Program-made: the position numbers and the translations under genes
Part shown: positions 30,499 through 44,542 of the stretch, one piece after another
Position numbering within the stretch: the stretch's first letter is position 1
Layout: each line of letters begins with the position of its first letter
Source: an uncultured Woeseiaceae bacterium
GTDB lineage: Bacteria; Pseudomonadota; Gammaproteobacteria; Steroidobacterales; Woeseiaceae
Assembly (NCBI GenBank): GCA_964533065.1
Contig: CAZHLE010000001.1
Location: forward strand, 37 to 64,036
Direction: 5' to 3'
Length of the DNA stretch: 64,000 bases
The notes under the pieces: model-generated
Told to the model about the DNA's origin: nothing
The model's input: the letters and a program-made list of their open reading frames with translations, nothing else
Databases searched by the model: none

Positions 30499-31071
30499 AA
30501 CGAATCGTGCAGTTGATGGTATTGCTTGTGGCGGTGGCGGCGTGTACGGGCAAACCGGCGCCGGCGGTTCGCGTTCTGCTGCAGACCACGCTCGGTGACA
30601 TCAAGCTGGAGCTGTACCCGGCCGAGGCGCCGATCACAGTGGCCAACTTTTTGCAGCTCGTGGATGGCGGGTATCTAGACGGCGGGGCATTCTATCGCAC
30701 CGTCTCGCCAGACAACGACAACGGTTCGCCGCCCATATCCGTGATCCAGGGCGGCCTCGGCGATGCCGAAGGCTCGTTTGCACCGATCGCGCACGAGACG
30801 ACCGAGGCCACCGGGCTCGCGCATCGGGACGGCAGTATTTCCATGGCGCGCGGCGACGTCGGTACCGCATCGACCGAATTCTTCATTTGTATCGGCGACC
30901 AGCCCGCGCTCGATTTCGGCGGTACACGCAATGCCGACGGCCAGGGCTTCGCAGTGTTTGGTCGGGTTGTCGCCGGCATGGACGTTGTGCGTGCGATTCA
31001 CCAGTCACCAGCTGACACGCCTACGGACGAAGCCTATTTCCGGGACCAGATGCTGAACGAACCGGTGCGGT

Positions 31072-31094
<23 letters not shown>
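30495..31094 (+). CDS. Cyclophilin-type peptidyl-prolyl cis-trans isomerase, predicted lipoprotein
   Basis: Lipobox LVAVAAC; cyclophilin motifs ([21 protein letters not shown]...[23 protein letters not shown]). Confidence 0.85.
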
Positions 31095-33927
<2,833 letters not shown>

Positions 33928-33992
33928 AGTCTGGTTCAGTAATCGCCAATCAACCTGCTAATATACGCCGCCTCACAACTCCGGCGCAAAGA

Positions 33993-35177
33993 ATGCCAGC
34001 GATGAAAATACTTTCCGACGATGCACCGATGGCAATGCTGCGAGCGGAAAAGCGCACTGTCGGCATCGCCGCGTTGATCGCCATGCTGAGGATGTTCGGC
34101 TTGTTTGCATTGTTGCCGGTGCTGTCGCTGTATGCAGCGACACTGGACGGTGCGACACCCATGCTGATCGGTCTTGCCGTAGGCGCTTATGGCCTGACGC
34201 AGGCCAGCCTGCAGATTCCGCTCGGCATGTTGTCGGACCGAATCGGGCGCGTGCCGGTCATTGCCGTCGGGCTGCTCGTTTTTGCGCTCGGCAGCATCGT
34301 TGCCGCGACGGCCGAGAGCATTGGCATGGTGATCATCGGACGCCTGCTGCAGGGCGCAGGCGCGATTTCAGCAACGCTGGCAGCGTTGATTGCCGATGCA
34401 ACCCGTGAGCAGGTCAGGACGCGATCGATGGCCGTATTCGGCATCAGCATTGGCTTGTCCTTCCTGATCGCGCTGATCATCGGGCCGGTAATTGCCGCCT
34501 ATGCGGGTGTGCCGGCGGTATTCTGGCTGGCGGCATTGCTCGCGGTGGCGAGTGCCGCGTTGTTAAGGCTGCTGCCGTCGGTGATACCACGGCCAGCCGC
34601 CGAACACGCATGGCGACTGCGCCCGGCCTTGCGCGCGGATTTGTTGCGGCTGGACTGCTACGTGTTTCTGCTGCACGCGATTCTGACCGCAATGTTTGTC
34701 GCGCTGCCGTTCCTGCTGACCAACACCTTGCAAGTGCCGGTTACGGCACAATGGAAGATCTATGTCGGCGCGCTGTTGCTGTCGCTGCTTGGCACCGTGC
34801 CCCTGATCCTGCGCGATGAGCGCCTGGGCAAGGCGGCTACGCTGGGTATTGCGGTGGCATTGGTCATGGCCGGGCTGCTGATGTTGTCCTTCGCTGCTTT
34901 TGCGGTGACTCCGGTGTTCATAGCGCTGGTACTGTTTTTCGCGGGTTTCAACTTTCTCGAGGCTGGATTGCCCTCGCGCCTCTCTATCCTGGCGGACGGC
35001 GATGCCCGCGGCGCGACGTTGGGCGTTTTCTCGAGCGCGCAGTTTCTCGGTGCCTTTGCCGGCGGCCTGATCGGCGGACGTTTCCTGGGTGCCGAGCGCC
35101 CGACGGACGTGTTCATTGTCTGCGCGCTGCTGGCCGCTATCTGGCTGGCCGCCTCGGGAACCTCCCGAACCCGGTGA
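33993..35177 (+). CDS. MFS transporter
   Basis: About 12 TM segments and GMLSDRIGR motif A; the position between uvrA and ssb matches Pseudomonas-type synteny as I recall it. Confidence 0.85.
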   Translation: MPAMKILSDDAPMAMLRAEKRTVGIAALIAMLRMFGLFALLPVLSLYAATLDGATPMLIGLAVGAYGLTQASLQIPLGMLSDRIGRVPVIAVGLLVFALGSIVAATAESIGMVIIGRLLQGAGAISATLAALIADATREQVRTRSMAVFGISIGLSFLIALIIGPVIAAYAGVPAVFWLAALLAVASAALLRLLPSVIPRPAAEHAWRLRPALRADLLRLDCYVFLLHAILTAMFVALPFLLTNTLQVPVTAQWKIYVGALLLSLLGTVPLILRDERLGKAATLGIAVALVMAGLLMLSFAAFAVTPVFIALVLFFAGFNFLEAGLPSRLSILADGDARGATLGVFSSAQFLGAFAGGLIGGRFLGAERPTDVFIVCALLAAIWLAASGTSRTR

Positions 35178-35200
35178 CAGTTACCGAAGGTAACTGTCAC
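35174..35200 (+). terminator. Perfect hairpin GTGACAGTTACC-GAA-GGTAACTGTCAC overlapping the MFS stop codon, followed by the palindrome TTAGGCCTAA (35201-35210)
   Basis: Read directly; there is no U-tract, so its function (terminator or operator) is uncertain. Confidence 0.35.
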
Positions 35201-35311
35201 TTAGGCCTAAAAAGTGGGCTGGTAAATCAGCCGTCAGGCTCTACAATAGGCGGCCCAGCTCGGCCCGCAGCCGAGGGAAATTCACCACAACTTAAGGACA
35301 GGGGACCTGCC

Positions 35312-35761
35312 ATGGCCCGCGGAATCAATAAAGTCATCATCGTTGGAAATCTCGGGGCAGATCCCGAAACACGTTATATGCCCAGCGGTTCGGCGGTGAC
35401 CAATCTCACTGTTGCCACCAACGAGAGCTGGAAGGACAAGGCAACCGGCGAAACCAAGGACCGGACCGAGTGGCACAAGGTGGCCATGTTCAATCGCCTC
35501 GCGGAAATTGCGGCCGAGTACCTGCGCAAGGGCTCACAGGTGTATATCGAGGGCAAGCTGCGCACGCGCAAGTGGCAGGACAAGAATGGCCAGGATCGCT
35601 GGACTACAGAGATTATTGCGGACGAAATGCAAATGCTGGGCGGCGGTCGCGGCGGCAGCGGTGGCGGCTCGGCACCGATGGACCCGGGCGCCGATACGGG
35701 TGGCTCGAACTATGCGCCGCAGCCCGGCCCTGACGATTTCGACGACGATATACCGTTTTGA
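35312..35761 (+). CDS. ssb: Single-stranded DNA-binding protein
   Basis: [19 protein letters not shown]..., Gly-rich linker, C-terminal DDDIPF tip. Confidence 0.97.
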   Translation: MARGINKVIIVGNLGADPETRYMPSGSAVTNLTVATNESWKDKATGETKDRTEWHKVAMFNRLAEIAAEYLRKGSQVYIEGKLRTRKWQDKNGQDRWTTEIIADEMQMLGGGRGGSGGGSAPMDPGADTGGSNYAPQPGPDDFDDDIPF

Positions 35762-35763
35762 TA

Positions 35764-35826
35764 GGGGTCAGCGACAGGGGTCAGAGCCCTTTTTTCAAAA
35801 GGGCTCTGACCCCTGTCGCTGACCCC
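35764..35826. repeat. Palindromic element, copy 3: perfect 30-bp stem with 3-nt loop and a nested (double 13-mer) architecture, in the ssb-miaB spacer
   Basis: GGGGTCAGCGACA+GGGGTCAGAGCCC+TTTT-ttc-AAAA+GGGCTCTGACCCC+TGTCGCTGACCCC, counted by hand. Confidence 0.9.
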
Positions 35827-35840
35827 TGTTCGAGAATTTC

Positions 35841-37181
35841 GTGAGCAAGAAATTATTCATTAAGACCATGGGCTGCCAGATGAACGAGTACGACTCGGAC
35901 AAGATGGCCGATGTGTTGCGCGCATCGCATGGATTCGAACTCACGCAGAATGCGGAAGAAGCAGACCTGTTGCTGGTCAATACCTGTTCAATTCGCGAAA
36001 AAGCCCAGGAAAAGGTTTTTTCCGAGCTTGGTCGTTGGCGCGAGATAAAAGACCGGCGACCTGGTGTGATGATCGGTGTCGGCGGCTGCGTTGCCAGCCA
36101 GGAGGGTGCTGGTATTACGCGACGTGCACCGTTTGTCGATGTGGTTTTCGGTCCGCAAACATTGCATCGTCTGCCGGAACTCATCGATGGCGCGCGCGCC
36201 GGCAATTCACCCATGGTCGATATCTCGTTTCCGGAAATCGAGAAATTCGACCGGCTGCCCGAACCACGGGCTGATGGACCCACCGCGTTCGTGTCGGTCA
36301 TGGAAGGCTGCAGCAAGTATTGCAGTTTTTGTGTTGTTCCGTATACGCGCGGCGAGGAAATCAGCCGGCCATTCGACGACGTTATTGCGGAGTGCGCCAA
36401 GCTTGCCATGCAGGGTGTGCGCGAAGTCAATTTGCTGGGCCAGAACGTCAATGCGTTTCGCGGCCCAATGCATGACGGTCAACTCGCGGACCTGGCCACG
36501 CTGATCTATTACGTCGCGGCTATCGATGGCATCGAACGCATCCGGTTTACGACCTCGCACCCGGTGGAATTCACCGATGGCCTGATTCAGGCGTACGCTG
36601 AGGTGCCGAAACTGGCGAACTACCTGCACCTGCCAGTACAGCATGGGTCGGATCGAGTGCTGGCGCGAATGAAGCGCGGCCACACGGTGCTCGAATACAA
36701 GCAAAAAATTCGCAAGCTGCGAGCCGTGCGGCCGGATATTTCCGTGTCGTCGGACTTCATCGTCGGATTTCCTGGAGAGACCGACGACGACTTCGAGGCG
36801 TTGTTGAACCTGGTCGCAGAGGTTGGTTTCGATCAGTCATTCAGTTTTATTTACAGCGCACGACCCGGCACGCCTGCGGCGGCGCTCGCCGACGATACGC
36901 CGCCAGAAACCAAGAAACAGCGATTGCTCATCCTGCAGGCGCGTATCAATCAGCAGGCGCAGGCAATCAGCCAGGGCATGGTTGGGACTACACAACGCGT
37001 GCTGGTCGAGAAAATATCCACCCGGCGTGACAGCCAGGTTGCCGGCAGAACCGAAAACATGCGTTGGGTTAATTTCGATGCGGACAGCTCATGCATCGGC
37101 CAGTTTGTTGATGTTGTCATAACCGAAGCGATGCCGAATTCGTTGCGCGGTCGACTGGCCGCAAGTCGCGCTGTTGCCTGA
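35841..37181 (+). CDS. miaB: tRNA (N6-isopentenyl adenosine(37)-C2)-methylthiotransferase
   Basis: [12 protein letters not shown], radical-SAM CSKYCSFC motif, TRAM C-terminus; GTG start. Confidence 0.95.
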   Translation: MSKKLFIKTMGCQMNEYDSDKMADVLRASHGFELTQNAEEADLLLVNTCSIREKAQEKVFSELGRWREIKDRRPGVMIGVGGCVASQEGAGITRRAPFVDVVFGPQTLHRLPELIDGARAGNSPMVDISFPEIEKFDRLPEPRADGPTAFVSVMEGCSKYCSFCVVPYTRGEEISRPFDDVIAECAKLAMQGVREVNLLGQNVNAFRGPMHDGQLADLATLIYYVAAIDGIERIRFTTSHPVEFTDGLIQAYAEVPKLANYLHLPVQHGSDRVLARMKRGHTVLEYKQKIRKLRAVRPDISVSSDFIVGFPGETDDDFEALLNLVAEVGFDQSFSFIYSARPGTPAAALADDTPPETKKQRLLILQARINQQAQAISQGMVGTTQRVLVEKISTRRDSQVAGRTENMRWVNFDADSSCIGQFVDVVITEAMPNSLRGRLAASRAVA

Positions 37182-37238
37182 CATTATTCCGCCGGATGCT
37201 TCCCAAGTCGCGTCCATCGCGGTAGTCTTTGACGTACT

Positions 37239-38222
37239 TTGAATGCTGTCCAGATATCTCAGGACCTGGTCCTCGAGCCCGCTGACAATAGCCGCCTGGC
37301 GAATTTGTGCGGCCAATTCGACGAACACTTGCGGCAAATAGAACGACGACTCAATGTGGATATTGCGAGTCGCGGTAATCGATTTCGTGTCACCGGGCCA
37401 CCGGGTGCCGCCGAGGCCGGTGGCAAGCTGCTGTTGTCGCTGTTCGACCTAACCAATAAAGAGCGCCTGGATCCGGAACGAGTACATATGATGTTGCAGG
37501 AATCGCAGATGAATGACGGCGAACTGGCATCGGCAAATTCTGCAGCTGATGACAGTAGTGACGTAAGCATTCGAACGCAGCGCAAATCGATTCGACCGCG
37601 CGGCGCGAATCAGACTGTCTACGTCAAGTCGATACGCGAACACGATCTGGCATTTGGCATCGGGCCGGCGGGAACCGGAAAGACCTATCTTGCGGTCGCG
37701 TGCGCCATAGAAGCACTGAGCAACGAAGAGGTGCAGCGTATTGTGCTGGTTCGGCCTGCGGTGGAAGCGGGCGAGCGACTCGGATTCCTGCCCGGCGACA
37801 TGTCACAAAAAGTGGATCCGTATCTGCGGCCGATGTATGACGCGTTGTATGACATGCTTGGTGCCGAGCATGTGACGCGTTTGATTGAGCGCAACATTAT
37901 TGAAGTCGCGCCGCTCGCATTCATGCGTGGGCGCTCGCTGAACGAGTCGTTCGTGATTCTTGACGAAGCACAAAACACCAGCACCGAGCAGATGAAAATG
38001 TTCCTGACCCGCATCGGATTTGGCTCGCATGCGGTGATCACCGGTGATATCACGCAGATTGATCTTCCGGAGCGGCAGGTGTCGGGTCTCAAGGATGCCA
38101 TGCGTATTCTCAAGGGTGTCGAGGCAATCAGCTTTACCCTGTTCTCACCCAAAGACGTTGTGCGCCACCCGCTGGTGCGACGCATTGTCGAAGCTTATGA
38201 GGCGGACAACAATGCAGGTTGA
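37239..38222 (+). CDS. ybeZ: PhoH-like ATPase (YbeZ)
   Basis: Colinear with E. coli YbeZ (LEPADNSRL, GPAGTGKTYLAVA, GFLPGDMSQKVDPYLRP); TTG start. Confidence 0.93.
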   Translation: MNAVQISQDLVLEPADNSRLANLCGQFDEHLRQIERRLNVDIASRGNRFRVTGPPGAAEAGGKLLLSLFDLTNKERLDPERVHMMLQESQMNDGELASANSAADDSSDVSIRTQRKSIRPRGANQTVYVKSIREHDLAFGIGPAGTGKTYLAVACAIEALSNEEVQRIVLVRPAVEAGERLGFLPGDMSQKVDPYLRPMYDALYDMLGAEHVTRLIERNIIEVAPLAFMRGRSLNESFVILDEAQNTSTEQMKMFLTRIGFGSHAVITGDITQIDLPERQVSGLKDAMRILKGVEAISFTLFSPKDVVRHPLVRRIVEAYEADNNAG

Positions 38223-38685
38223 TGTGCAGGTCGCCTGCGCCGATGTCGGCATACCGGATGAGCAGGAAATACAGATCTGGGTGCAGCACGCCGCCACCCG
38301 GTCCGGTCGTTTGCCGGAAGGCGTGTTCGACGTCGCCGTGCGCATCGTCGGCGCCGCCGAAATCGAGAGCTTGAACCAGCAGTACCGTAACAAGGACGGC
38401 GCGACCAACGTGCTGTCGTTTCCCGCGGGTGTGATTCAGGGTCTTCCGGCGACCGAGACTCGCAGCCTCGGGGATATCGTGATCTGCGCATCGGTAGTTC
38501 GCGATGAGGCCGTCCGGCAAGCCAAGCCGTTGGCCGATCATTGGGCGCACATGCTGGTGCACGGCGTACTGCACCTGCTGGGCTTCGACCATGGTAGCGA
38601 CAAGGATGCCGAGGAAATGGAGGCACTGGAGGCGGGCATCCTGCGATCGCGAGGCGTAACAAATCCTTACGCCAGCGCACCATGA
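38212..38685 (+). CDS. ybeY: rRNA maturation endoribonuclease YbeY
   Basis: HGVLHLLGFDH zinc motif; internal ATG of track ORF 38044..38685. Confidence 0.93.
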   Translation: MQVDVQVACADVGIPDEQEIQIWVQHAATRSGRLPEGVFDVAVRIVGAAEIESLNQQYRNKDGATNVLSFPAGVIQGLPATETRSLGDIVICASVVRDEAVRQAKPLADHWAHMLVHGVLHLLGFDHGSDKDAEEMEALEAGILRSRGVTNPYASAP

Positions 38686-38734
38686 CAAGCTGCTACAATA
38701 CGGGGCCAGACGGCGACATACAGACCCTGTTTCA

Positions 38735-39586
38735 ATGAGTGACAAACCTCCAAGTACCACCAGCTCCGGCGGCTCCGGGCTGTTTCAACGTGTGAAGCGT
38801 GCTGTCAAAGGTGACCCCTGGAGCCGCGAAGAGATTCAGGACCTGATCCACCAATCCGAAGTCGCTATCGACGCGCAAGAAAAAAGCATGCTGGCCGGCG
38901 TGCTCGAAGTGTCCGAGACCCAGGTGCGCGACGTCATGGTGCCGCGATCGCAGATGGTCGTCATCGACATCGAAGAGGACTTCGACGATATCCTGGCGGT
39001 GATCATTGATTCAGGGCACTCGCGCTTTCCCGTGATCGGAAAAGATCGCGATGAAATCCTCGGCATCCTGCTGGCGAAAGACCTGTTGCGTTACTTTGGC
39101 AAGGATGAGGCCAACGACGTACCCTTGCTGGAGTTGCTGCGACCTGCGGCCGTTATTCCGGAGTCCAAACGCCTGAACGCGCTCCTCAAGGAATTTCGTG
39201 ACAGCCATAACCACATGGCTGTCGTCGTCGATGAGTATGGTGGCGTTGCCGGCCTGCTCACTATCGAAGACGTGCTCGAAGAAATCGTTGGTGAAATTGA
39301 CGACGAGCATGATCAGGAGGAGGCGGCATTCATTCGTCCCGACGGTGACCACAACGGTAAAGCGAGCTATGCGGTCCGTGCATTGACGCGCATCGAAGAC
39401 TTCAACGAGTATTTTGAGTGCGAATTCAGTAATGAGGATTACGACACGATCGGCGGACTCGTGATGCAGGCTCTGGGGCGCCTGCCAAAGCGCGGCGAGA
39501 AGGTCCAGTTTGGCGGTTTCGAATTCGTCGTCGTCAAAGCGGACAAGCGTCGTCTCGACTCGCTCCAGGTTCAGCGCGTCGGCTAA
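38735..39586 (+). CDS. corC: CBS-domain magnesium/cobalt efflux protein CorC (YbeX)
   Basis: CBS pair plus CorC_HlyC C-terminal domain; conserved position after ybeY. Confidence 0.9.
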   Translation: MSDKPPSTTSSGGSGLFQRVKRAVKGDPWSREEIQDLIHQSEVAIDAQEKSMLAGVLEVSETQVRDVMVPRSQMVVIDIEEDFDDILAVIIDSGHSRFPVIGKDRDEILGILLAKDLLRYFGKDEANDVPLLELLRPAAVIPESKRLNALLKEFRDSHNHMAVVVDEYGGVAGLLTIEDVLEEIVGEIDDEHDQEEAAFIRPDGDHNGKASYAVRALTRIEDFNEYFECEFSNEDYDTIGGLVMQALGRLPKRGEKVQFGGFEFVVVKADKRRLDSLQVQRVG

Positions 39587-39589
39587 GGT

Positions 39590-41068
39590 GTGAGCCAGGT
39601 TCTATTCTTCGGGCTCGGCTGCCTGTTGACCGCCGCATTCGAACCCGCCGGCCTGTGGCCGCTGGCGCCGGCGTTGTTGCTTCCGTTTTTCTATGTGTGC
39701 CTGACAAAATCGGGCCGCGCGGCAGCGCAGCACGCGTTTTGTTTCGGCTTCGGCCTGTTCCTTTGTGGCACCTACTGGATTTACCTGTCGGTCACCGGGC
39801 CCGGGCAGGGCCCATGGTGGCTTGGTGCCCTGCTGGTCATCTTGCTGACCTTGATCATGGCGGCCTACCTGGCGGTGACCGCCTGGCTCATCCAGCGCTA
39901 CTGCCGCGAGCACCACGGGCGTTTGTTGTTGATCGCACCAGCGGCCTGGACCTTGCTCGAATGGCTGCGCGGCTGGCTGTTCACCGGCTTTCCCTGGATG
40001 TCGCTCGGCTATGCCGAAATTGATACCGTGCTGGCCGGTTGGGCGCCGGTGCTCGGAGTCTATGGTGTGAGCATGCTGCTCGTGTTCAGCAGCGCCGCTG
40101 CGCTGCTCGCGATACTTGCTCGGGGGCGCCAACGCGGCGTTGCAATCGGTCTGCTTTTGCTGCCGTGGATGGGTGGAGCGGCGCTGACCCAGGTTGCCTG
40201 GACGGCAGCAGACGGAGTGCCGATTCGTACTACAATATTGCAGGCCGGCGTCGGTCAGGAGCGCAAATGGCTGCCCGAGGAGCGTGAGCCGACCAAGGCG
40301 TTTTACAGTGAGGCATCGCGAGCCGCTATCGATAGCCAACTGGTGGTTTGGCCCGAGGTCGCTATCCCATCGGTCACCGACCGGGAAGAGGCCTACATTG
40401 CCTCGTTGCACGGTATTGCGATGCGCAATAAGCAGGCGATTATCTTCGGCATCCTGGAGCGCGAGTTCCTGCCGAATGGCGCAGCGAATATCTATAACAG
40501 CGTATTGCTCCTTCAGGATGACACGCGACAGGTCTACCGCAAGCGGCACCTGGTTCCATTCGGTGAGTATTTTCCAGTGCCCGCGACGGTGCGCGAGTGG
40601 TTACGCATGATGAACCTGCCGTTCAGCGATATTACGCCGGGCGCTGATACGCAGGAGTTGCTCACCCTTGCCGATGGCACCAAGCTCGCGGTCGCAATTT
40701 GTTACGAGGATTCCTACGGCGCGGAATTGCTGCCGGCGTTTCCGGACGCATCGATCTTGATTAACGTCAGTAACGATGGTTGGTTTGGTGATTCCATCGC
40801 GCCGCACCAGCACTTGCAGATTGCCCGCATGCGCTCGCTGGAGACGGGTCGGTTTACGGTGCGTGCAACGAATACCGGTGTGAGCGCGTTTATCGATGCC
40901 TCGGGGCGCCTGCTGCAGGCTGGTGCCCAGTTCGAAGCCCTGCAGATGAGCGCCGACATCGAGCCACGCCGCGGCCTGACTCCCTATGCCCGATTCGGTA
41001 ACTGGCCCGTGATCAGCCTTTGTGTACTGCTGCTGGCAGGGTTCTGGCTGCGCTCACGCGCGTCTTGA
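39590..41068 (+). CDS. lnt: Apolipoprotein N-acyltransferase
   Basis: N-terminal TM helices, CN-hydrolase domain (VVWPE, KRHLVPFGEY, ICYE), conserved position. Confidence 0.92.
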   Translation: MSQVLFFGLGCLLTAAFEPAGLWPLAPALLLPFFYVCLTKSGRAAAQHAFCFGFGLFLCGTYWIYLSVTGPGQGPWWLGALLVILLTLIMAAYLAVTAWLIQRYCREHHGRLLLIAPAAWTLLEWLRGWLFTGFPWMSLGYAEIDTVLAGWAPVLGVYGVSMLLVFSSAAALLAILARGRQRGVAIGLLLLPWMGGAALTQVAWTAADGVPIRTTILQAGVGQERKWLPEEREPTKAFYSEASRAAIDSQLVVWPEVAIPSVTDREEAYIASLHGIAMRNKQAIIFGILEREFLPNGAANIYNSVLLLQDDTRQVYRKRHLVPFGEYFPVPATVREWLRMMNLPFSDITPGADTQELLTLADGTKLAVAICYEDSYGAELLPAFPDASILINVSNDGWFGDSIAPHQHLQIARMRSLETGRFTVRATNTGVSAFIDASGRLLQAGAQFEALQMSADIEPRRGLTPYARFGNWPVISLCVLLLAGFWLRSRAS

Positions 41069-41112
41069 TGTAGGCTTCGAGGTTTTCGCGAGCCGAAACC
41101 GATTCAACACTC

Positions 41113-43563
41113 ATGAGTGTGCCCTACCACCCCGAAACCGTTGAGAAAAAAGCCCAGCAATACTGGGATGCTGCGCATTGCTTTGAGGTTTCCGAAGCAG
41201 GCGAAAAAGAAAAATTTTATTGCCTGACGATGTTTCCGTACCCGAGTGGCAAACTCCACATGGGTCACGTGCGTGTATTCACGATCAGCGACGTCATCGC
41301 CCGTTACCAGCGCATGCAGGGAAAGCACGTGTTGCAGCCTATGGGTTGGGACGCCTTCGGCATGCCGGCGGAGAATGCGGCCATCCAGCGCGGCATACCA
41401 CCGGCCCAGTGGACCTACCGGAATATCGATGAGATGCGCCTGCAGATGCGGCGCCTGGGCTATGCCTACGACTGGACTCGCGAGGTCATGACCTGTCGGC
41501 CCGAGTACTACCGATGGGAACAGTGGTTGTTCACAAAGATGTTTGAAAAGGGCCTCGTGTATCGCAAGAACTCGATTGTCAACTGGGACCCTGTCGACCA
41601 GACGGTGTTGGCGAACGAACAGGTGATTGACGGGCGCGGCTGGCGATCCGACGCGCTGGTCGAGCGGCGGGAAATTCCGCAGTGGTTCATGAAGATCACG
41701 GCGTATGCCGAGGAGTTGCTCGACGAACTGGACCGTATGCCGGGCTGGCCGGAGTCGGTCAAGACCATGCAGCGCAACTGGATAGGGCGTTCGGTCGGGC
41801 TCGAGCTGGCGTTCGAGGTGCCCGGCGAAGCGGAGCCCCTGACCGTTTATACGACACGGCCGGATACCCTGTTCGGTGTGACTTACATGGCCGTTGCTGC
41901 CGAACACCCGCTGGCGGTCAAGACGGCCACCGCTAATGCGAAACTTGCGGCCTTTATCGAAGACTGCAAGAAGTCCGGTGCGGCGGAAGCGACGCTCGAG
42001 ACCATGGAAAAAAGGGGCATGGCCCTTGGCCTGACAGCGATCCACCCTTTGACCGGCCAGGAGGTGCCGCTCTGGGTGGCGAATTTCGTGCTCATGAGCT
42101 ACGGCACCGGCGCCATTATGGCGGTCCCTGGCCATGACGCGCGCGACTGGGAATTCGCGAGGAAACACGGGCTGCCGATAGTCCAGGTCATTGCACCCGC
42201 AGACGGCAGTGATTTTGATGTCGAAACCGCACCCTTTCTGGAGCATGGCGTAGTGGTTAATTCCGGCAACTACGACGGCATGGATTTCGATACTGCGTTT
42301 AACGCGATCGCCGACTATTTCGAACAGGCGAAGCGCGGCCGGCGCACGATCAATTATCGACTGCGCGACTGGGGCGTATCGCGGCAACGCTATTGGGGAG
42401 CGCCGATTCCCATCATCTATTGCGATGATTGCGACGCCGTGCCGGTGCCCGAAGATCAACTGCCCGTCGTGTTGCCCGAAGACGTCGCGTTCACGGGCCA
42501 TGGCTCGCCGCTCAAGGACATGCCGGAATTCGTCAACGTGGCTTGCCCGCAATGCGGCAAGCCGGCACGGCGCGAGACCGATACCTTCGATACCTTTGTC
42601 GAGTCTTCGTGGTACTTCGCACGTTATGCCTGTCCGGATAACGACAAGGTCATGCTGGACGAGCGCGCCGCCTACTGGACACCTGTCGATCAGTACACGG
42701 GTGGCATCGAGCACGCAATCCTGCACCTGTTGTACTCACGCTTTTTCCAGCGCGTAATAAGAGACCAGGGCCTCAGTGACGTGTCCGAACCCTTCACCAA
42801 CCTGCTGACCCAGGGCATGGTGCTCAAGGACGGGGCGAAAATGTCCAAGAACAAGGGCAACACCGTCGACCCGCAGGAGCTCATCGAAAAATACGGCGCC
42901 GACACCGTGCGCCTGTTCATGATGTTCGCGGCACCGCCCGAACAGGCGCTGGAATGGTCCGACGATGGCGTACAGGGTAGTTTTCGTTTTCTGAAACGTT
43001 TCTGGGCGGCCGTGCACAAGCATGCCGATGGGGGCCTGCCGGCGGGCAAAAAGACGGACGGGCTCACGCCAGGCCAGCAGGATCTGTTGCGCAAGACGCA
43101 CCAGACCATTGCCAAGATCAGTGACGATATCGGCCGCCGCTACACCTTCAATACGGCCGTGGCAGCGTCGATGGAGCTGCTCAATGCGGTCAATCGTTTC
43201 GATGATGACAGCGCGTCCGGGCGCCAGGTCGTGCAACAGGCGCTCGAGGCAGTCGTGGTCATGCTGTCGCCGATGGTGCCCCACATCTGCCATGAGCTCT
43301 GGTCCGTGCTCGGGCACAAGACCGCACTCATCGACCAGGCCTGGCCGGTGGCGGACGAGAATCTTCTGCAGGCGGACGTGGTCAAGATCGTGGTACAGGT
43401 CAATGGCAAGATGCGCGGCATGATTTCGCTGCCGGCCGACAGCGCGGACGGTACAGTCCTCGCGGCCGCATTGCAGGATCCGAATGTGCAGCGCTATGTC
43501 AGTGATGGCGCTATCAGGAAGACCATCGTCGTGCCAAACAAGCTGGTGAGTATTGTTGTCTAG
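41113..43563 (+). CDS. leuS: Leucine--tRNA ligase
   Basis: 816 aa, [11 protein letters not shown] (HIGH) and KMSKNKGN (KMSKS) motifs. Confidence 0.98.
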   Translation: MSVPYHPETVEKKAQQYWDAAHCFEVSEAGEKEKFYCLTMFPYPSGKLHMGHVRVFTISDVIARYQRMQGKHVLQPMGWDAFGMPAENAAIQRGIPPAQWTYRNIDEMRLQMRRLGYAYDWTREVMTCRPEYYRWEQWLFTKMFEKGLVYRKNSIVNWDPVDQTVLANEQVIDGRGWRSDALVERREIPQWFMKITAYAEELLDELDRMPGWPESVKTMQRNWIGRSVGLELAFEVPGEAEPLTVYTTRPDTLFGVTYMAVAAEHPLAVKTATANAKLAAFIEDCKKSGAAEATLETMEKRGMALGLTAIHPLTGQEVPLWVANFVLMSYGTGAIMAVPGHDARDWEFARKHGLPIVQVIAPADGSDFDVETAPFLEHGVVVNSGNYDGMDFDTAFNAIADYFEQAKRGRRTINYRLRDWGVSRQRYWGAPIPIIYCDDCDAVPVPEDQLPVVLPEDVAFTGHGSPLKDMPEFVNVACPQCGKPARRETDTFDTFVESSWYFARYACPDNDKVMLDERAAYWTPVDQYTGGIEHAILHLLYSRFFQRVIRDQGLSDVSEPFTNLLTQGMVLKDGAKMSKNKGNTVDPQELIEKYGADTVRLFMMFAAPPEQALEWSDDGVQGSFRFLKRFWAAVHKHADGGLPAGKKTDGLTPGQQDLLRKTHQTIAKISDDIGRRYTFNTAVAASMELLNAVNRFDDDSASGRQVVQQALEAVVVMLSPMVPHICHELWSVLGHKTALIDQAWPVADENLLQADVVKIVVQVNGKMRGMISLPADSADGTVLAAALQDPNVQRYVSDGAIRKTIVVPNKLVSIVV

Positions 43564-44032
43564 GTTTTCCTGTCTTGCATTACTTCTGCTGTTGTCCGGC
43601 TGCGGATTTCAAATGCAGGGCGCATTCACGGTACCGCCCGGTATGGAGCGCACCTATATTGCGACCGACGATCAGTACACGCTGTTCTATCGCGAATTGC
43701 GGCGCTCGCTTATGCAGAGCGGCATGCAGTTTGCCGACACGCCGGGCGATGCAACCGCGGTGCTGTCGATTCATCTCGACCGCACGGATCAGCGCGTGCT
43801 TTCGGTATCGGCGCGCAACGTACCGACCGAATTTGAGGTGTATTACATGGTCCAGTACAGCGTCGATAGCGGTGAAACGAACCTGCTCGACCGCCAGTTG
43901 CTGACCGTCACGCGTGCCTATACCTACGATGAAACGCTGGTGCTCGGCAAGGCGCGTGAAGAGGAATTGCTGCGTGGCGCGATCGTCGACGACCTGGTCC
44001 GCATCGTGCTGAAACAACTGGGAACGCTGTAG
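43553..44032 (+). CDS. lptE: LPS-assembly lipoprotein LptE
   Basis: Lipobox LLSGCGF, size, and position right after leuS; TTG start. Confidence 0.85.
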   Translation: MLSRFSCLALLLLLSGCGFQMQGAFTVPPGMERTYIATDDQYTLFYRELRRSLMQSGMQFADTPGDATAVLSIHLDRTDQRVLSVSARNVPTEFEVYYMVQYSVDSGETNLLDRQLLTVTRAYTYDETLVLGKAREEELLRGAIVDDLVRIVLKQLGTL

Positions 44033-44056
44033 GCCCTGGTCGACGCGACCGACAGC

Positions 44057-44542
44057 GTGTTGCAGGTCCGCGATGTGCCGGCCACGGCGATCGCCGAATT
44101 GCTGTCCCGCCTTGGTCTCAAACTGGTGATCGAAACAGGCGACGGCGAGATCACCGGATCGTTCTGGGGCGATACCGAAGCCGGCATCGTCAAGCGCGAT
44201 GTCTTCGTGCGTCCGGATACGCCGATACATTCAATGCTGCACGAAACCTGTCACACGATTTGCATGGACGAGCGACGGCGGGCCGGGCTCCGTCGCGATG
44301 CCGGCGGCGACGACCTTGAAGAGGCGGCCGTCTGCTATTTACAGATACAGCTGGCAGATTTCCTGCCCGGCGTCGGGCGTGAGCGATTGATGCGTGACAT
44401 GGATGCCTGGGGCTACAGTTTTCGACTCGGCAGGACCGCCCTGTGGTTCGAGACCGATGCCGATGACGCGATCGCGTGGTTGCGCTCGAATGCCCTGATC
44501 GACAATGCCGGCGCGCCGACTTTCAGGCTGCGCAAGACCTAG
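44057..44542 (+). CDS. Hypothetical protein with HExxH motif (possible small zinc-metallopeptidase-like protein)
   Basis: HETCH at 44240-44254; no family recognised; GTG start. Confidence 0.45.
   Translation: MLQVRDVPATAIAELLSRLGLKLVIETGDGEITGSFWGDTEAGIVKRDVFVRPDTPIHSMLHETCHTICMDERRRAGLRRDAGGDDLEEAAVCYLQIQLADFLPGVGRERLMRDMDAWGYSFRLGRTALWFETDADDAIAWLRSNALIDNAGAPTFRLRKT

Noticed and set aside
33928-33992. LexA (SOS) box expected in the uvrA divergent promoter region
   Set aside because: The best candidate, CTGCTAATATACGCCG, matches only the left half of CTGT-N8-ACAG. That is not enough to call.
41104-42726. 540-aa ORF antisense to leuS
   Set aside because: It lies entirely opposite an unambiguous LeuRS gene and is Arg/His/Gly/Leu-rich and low-complexity. 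It is stop-free only because TTA/CTA/TCA sense codons are rare in this GC-rich gene. There is no SD or motif.
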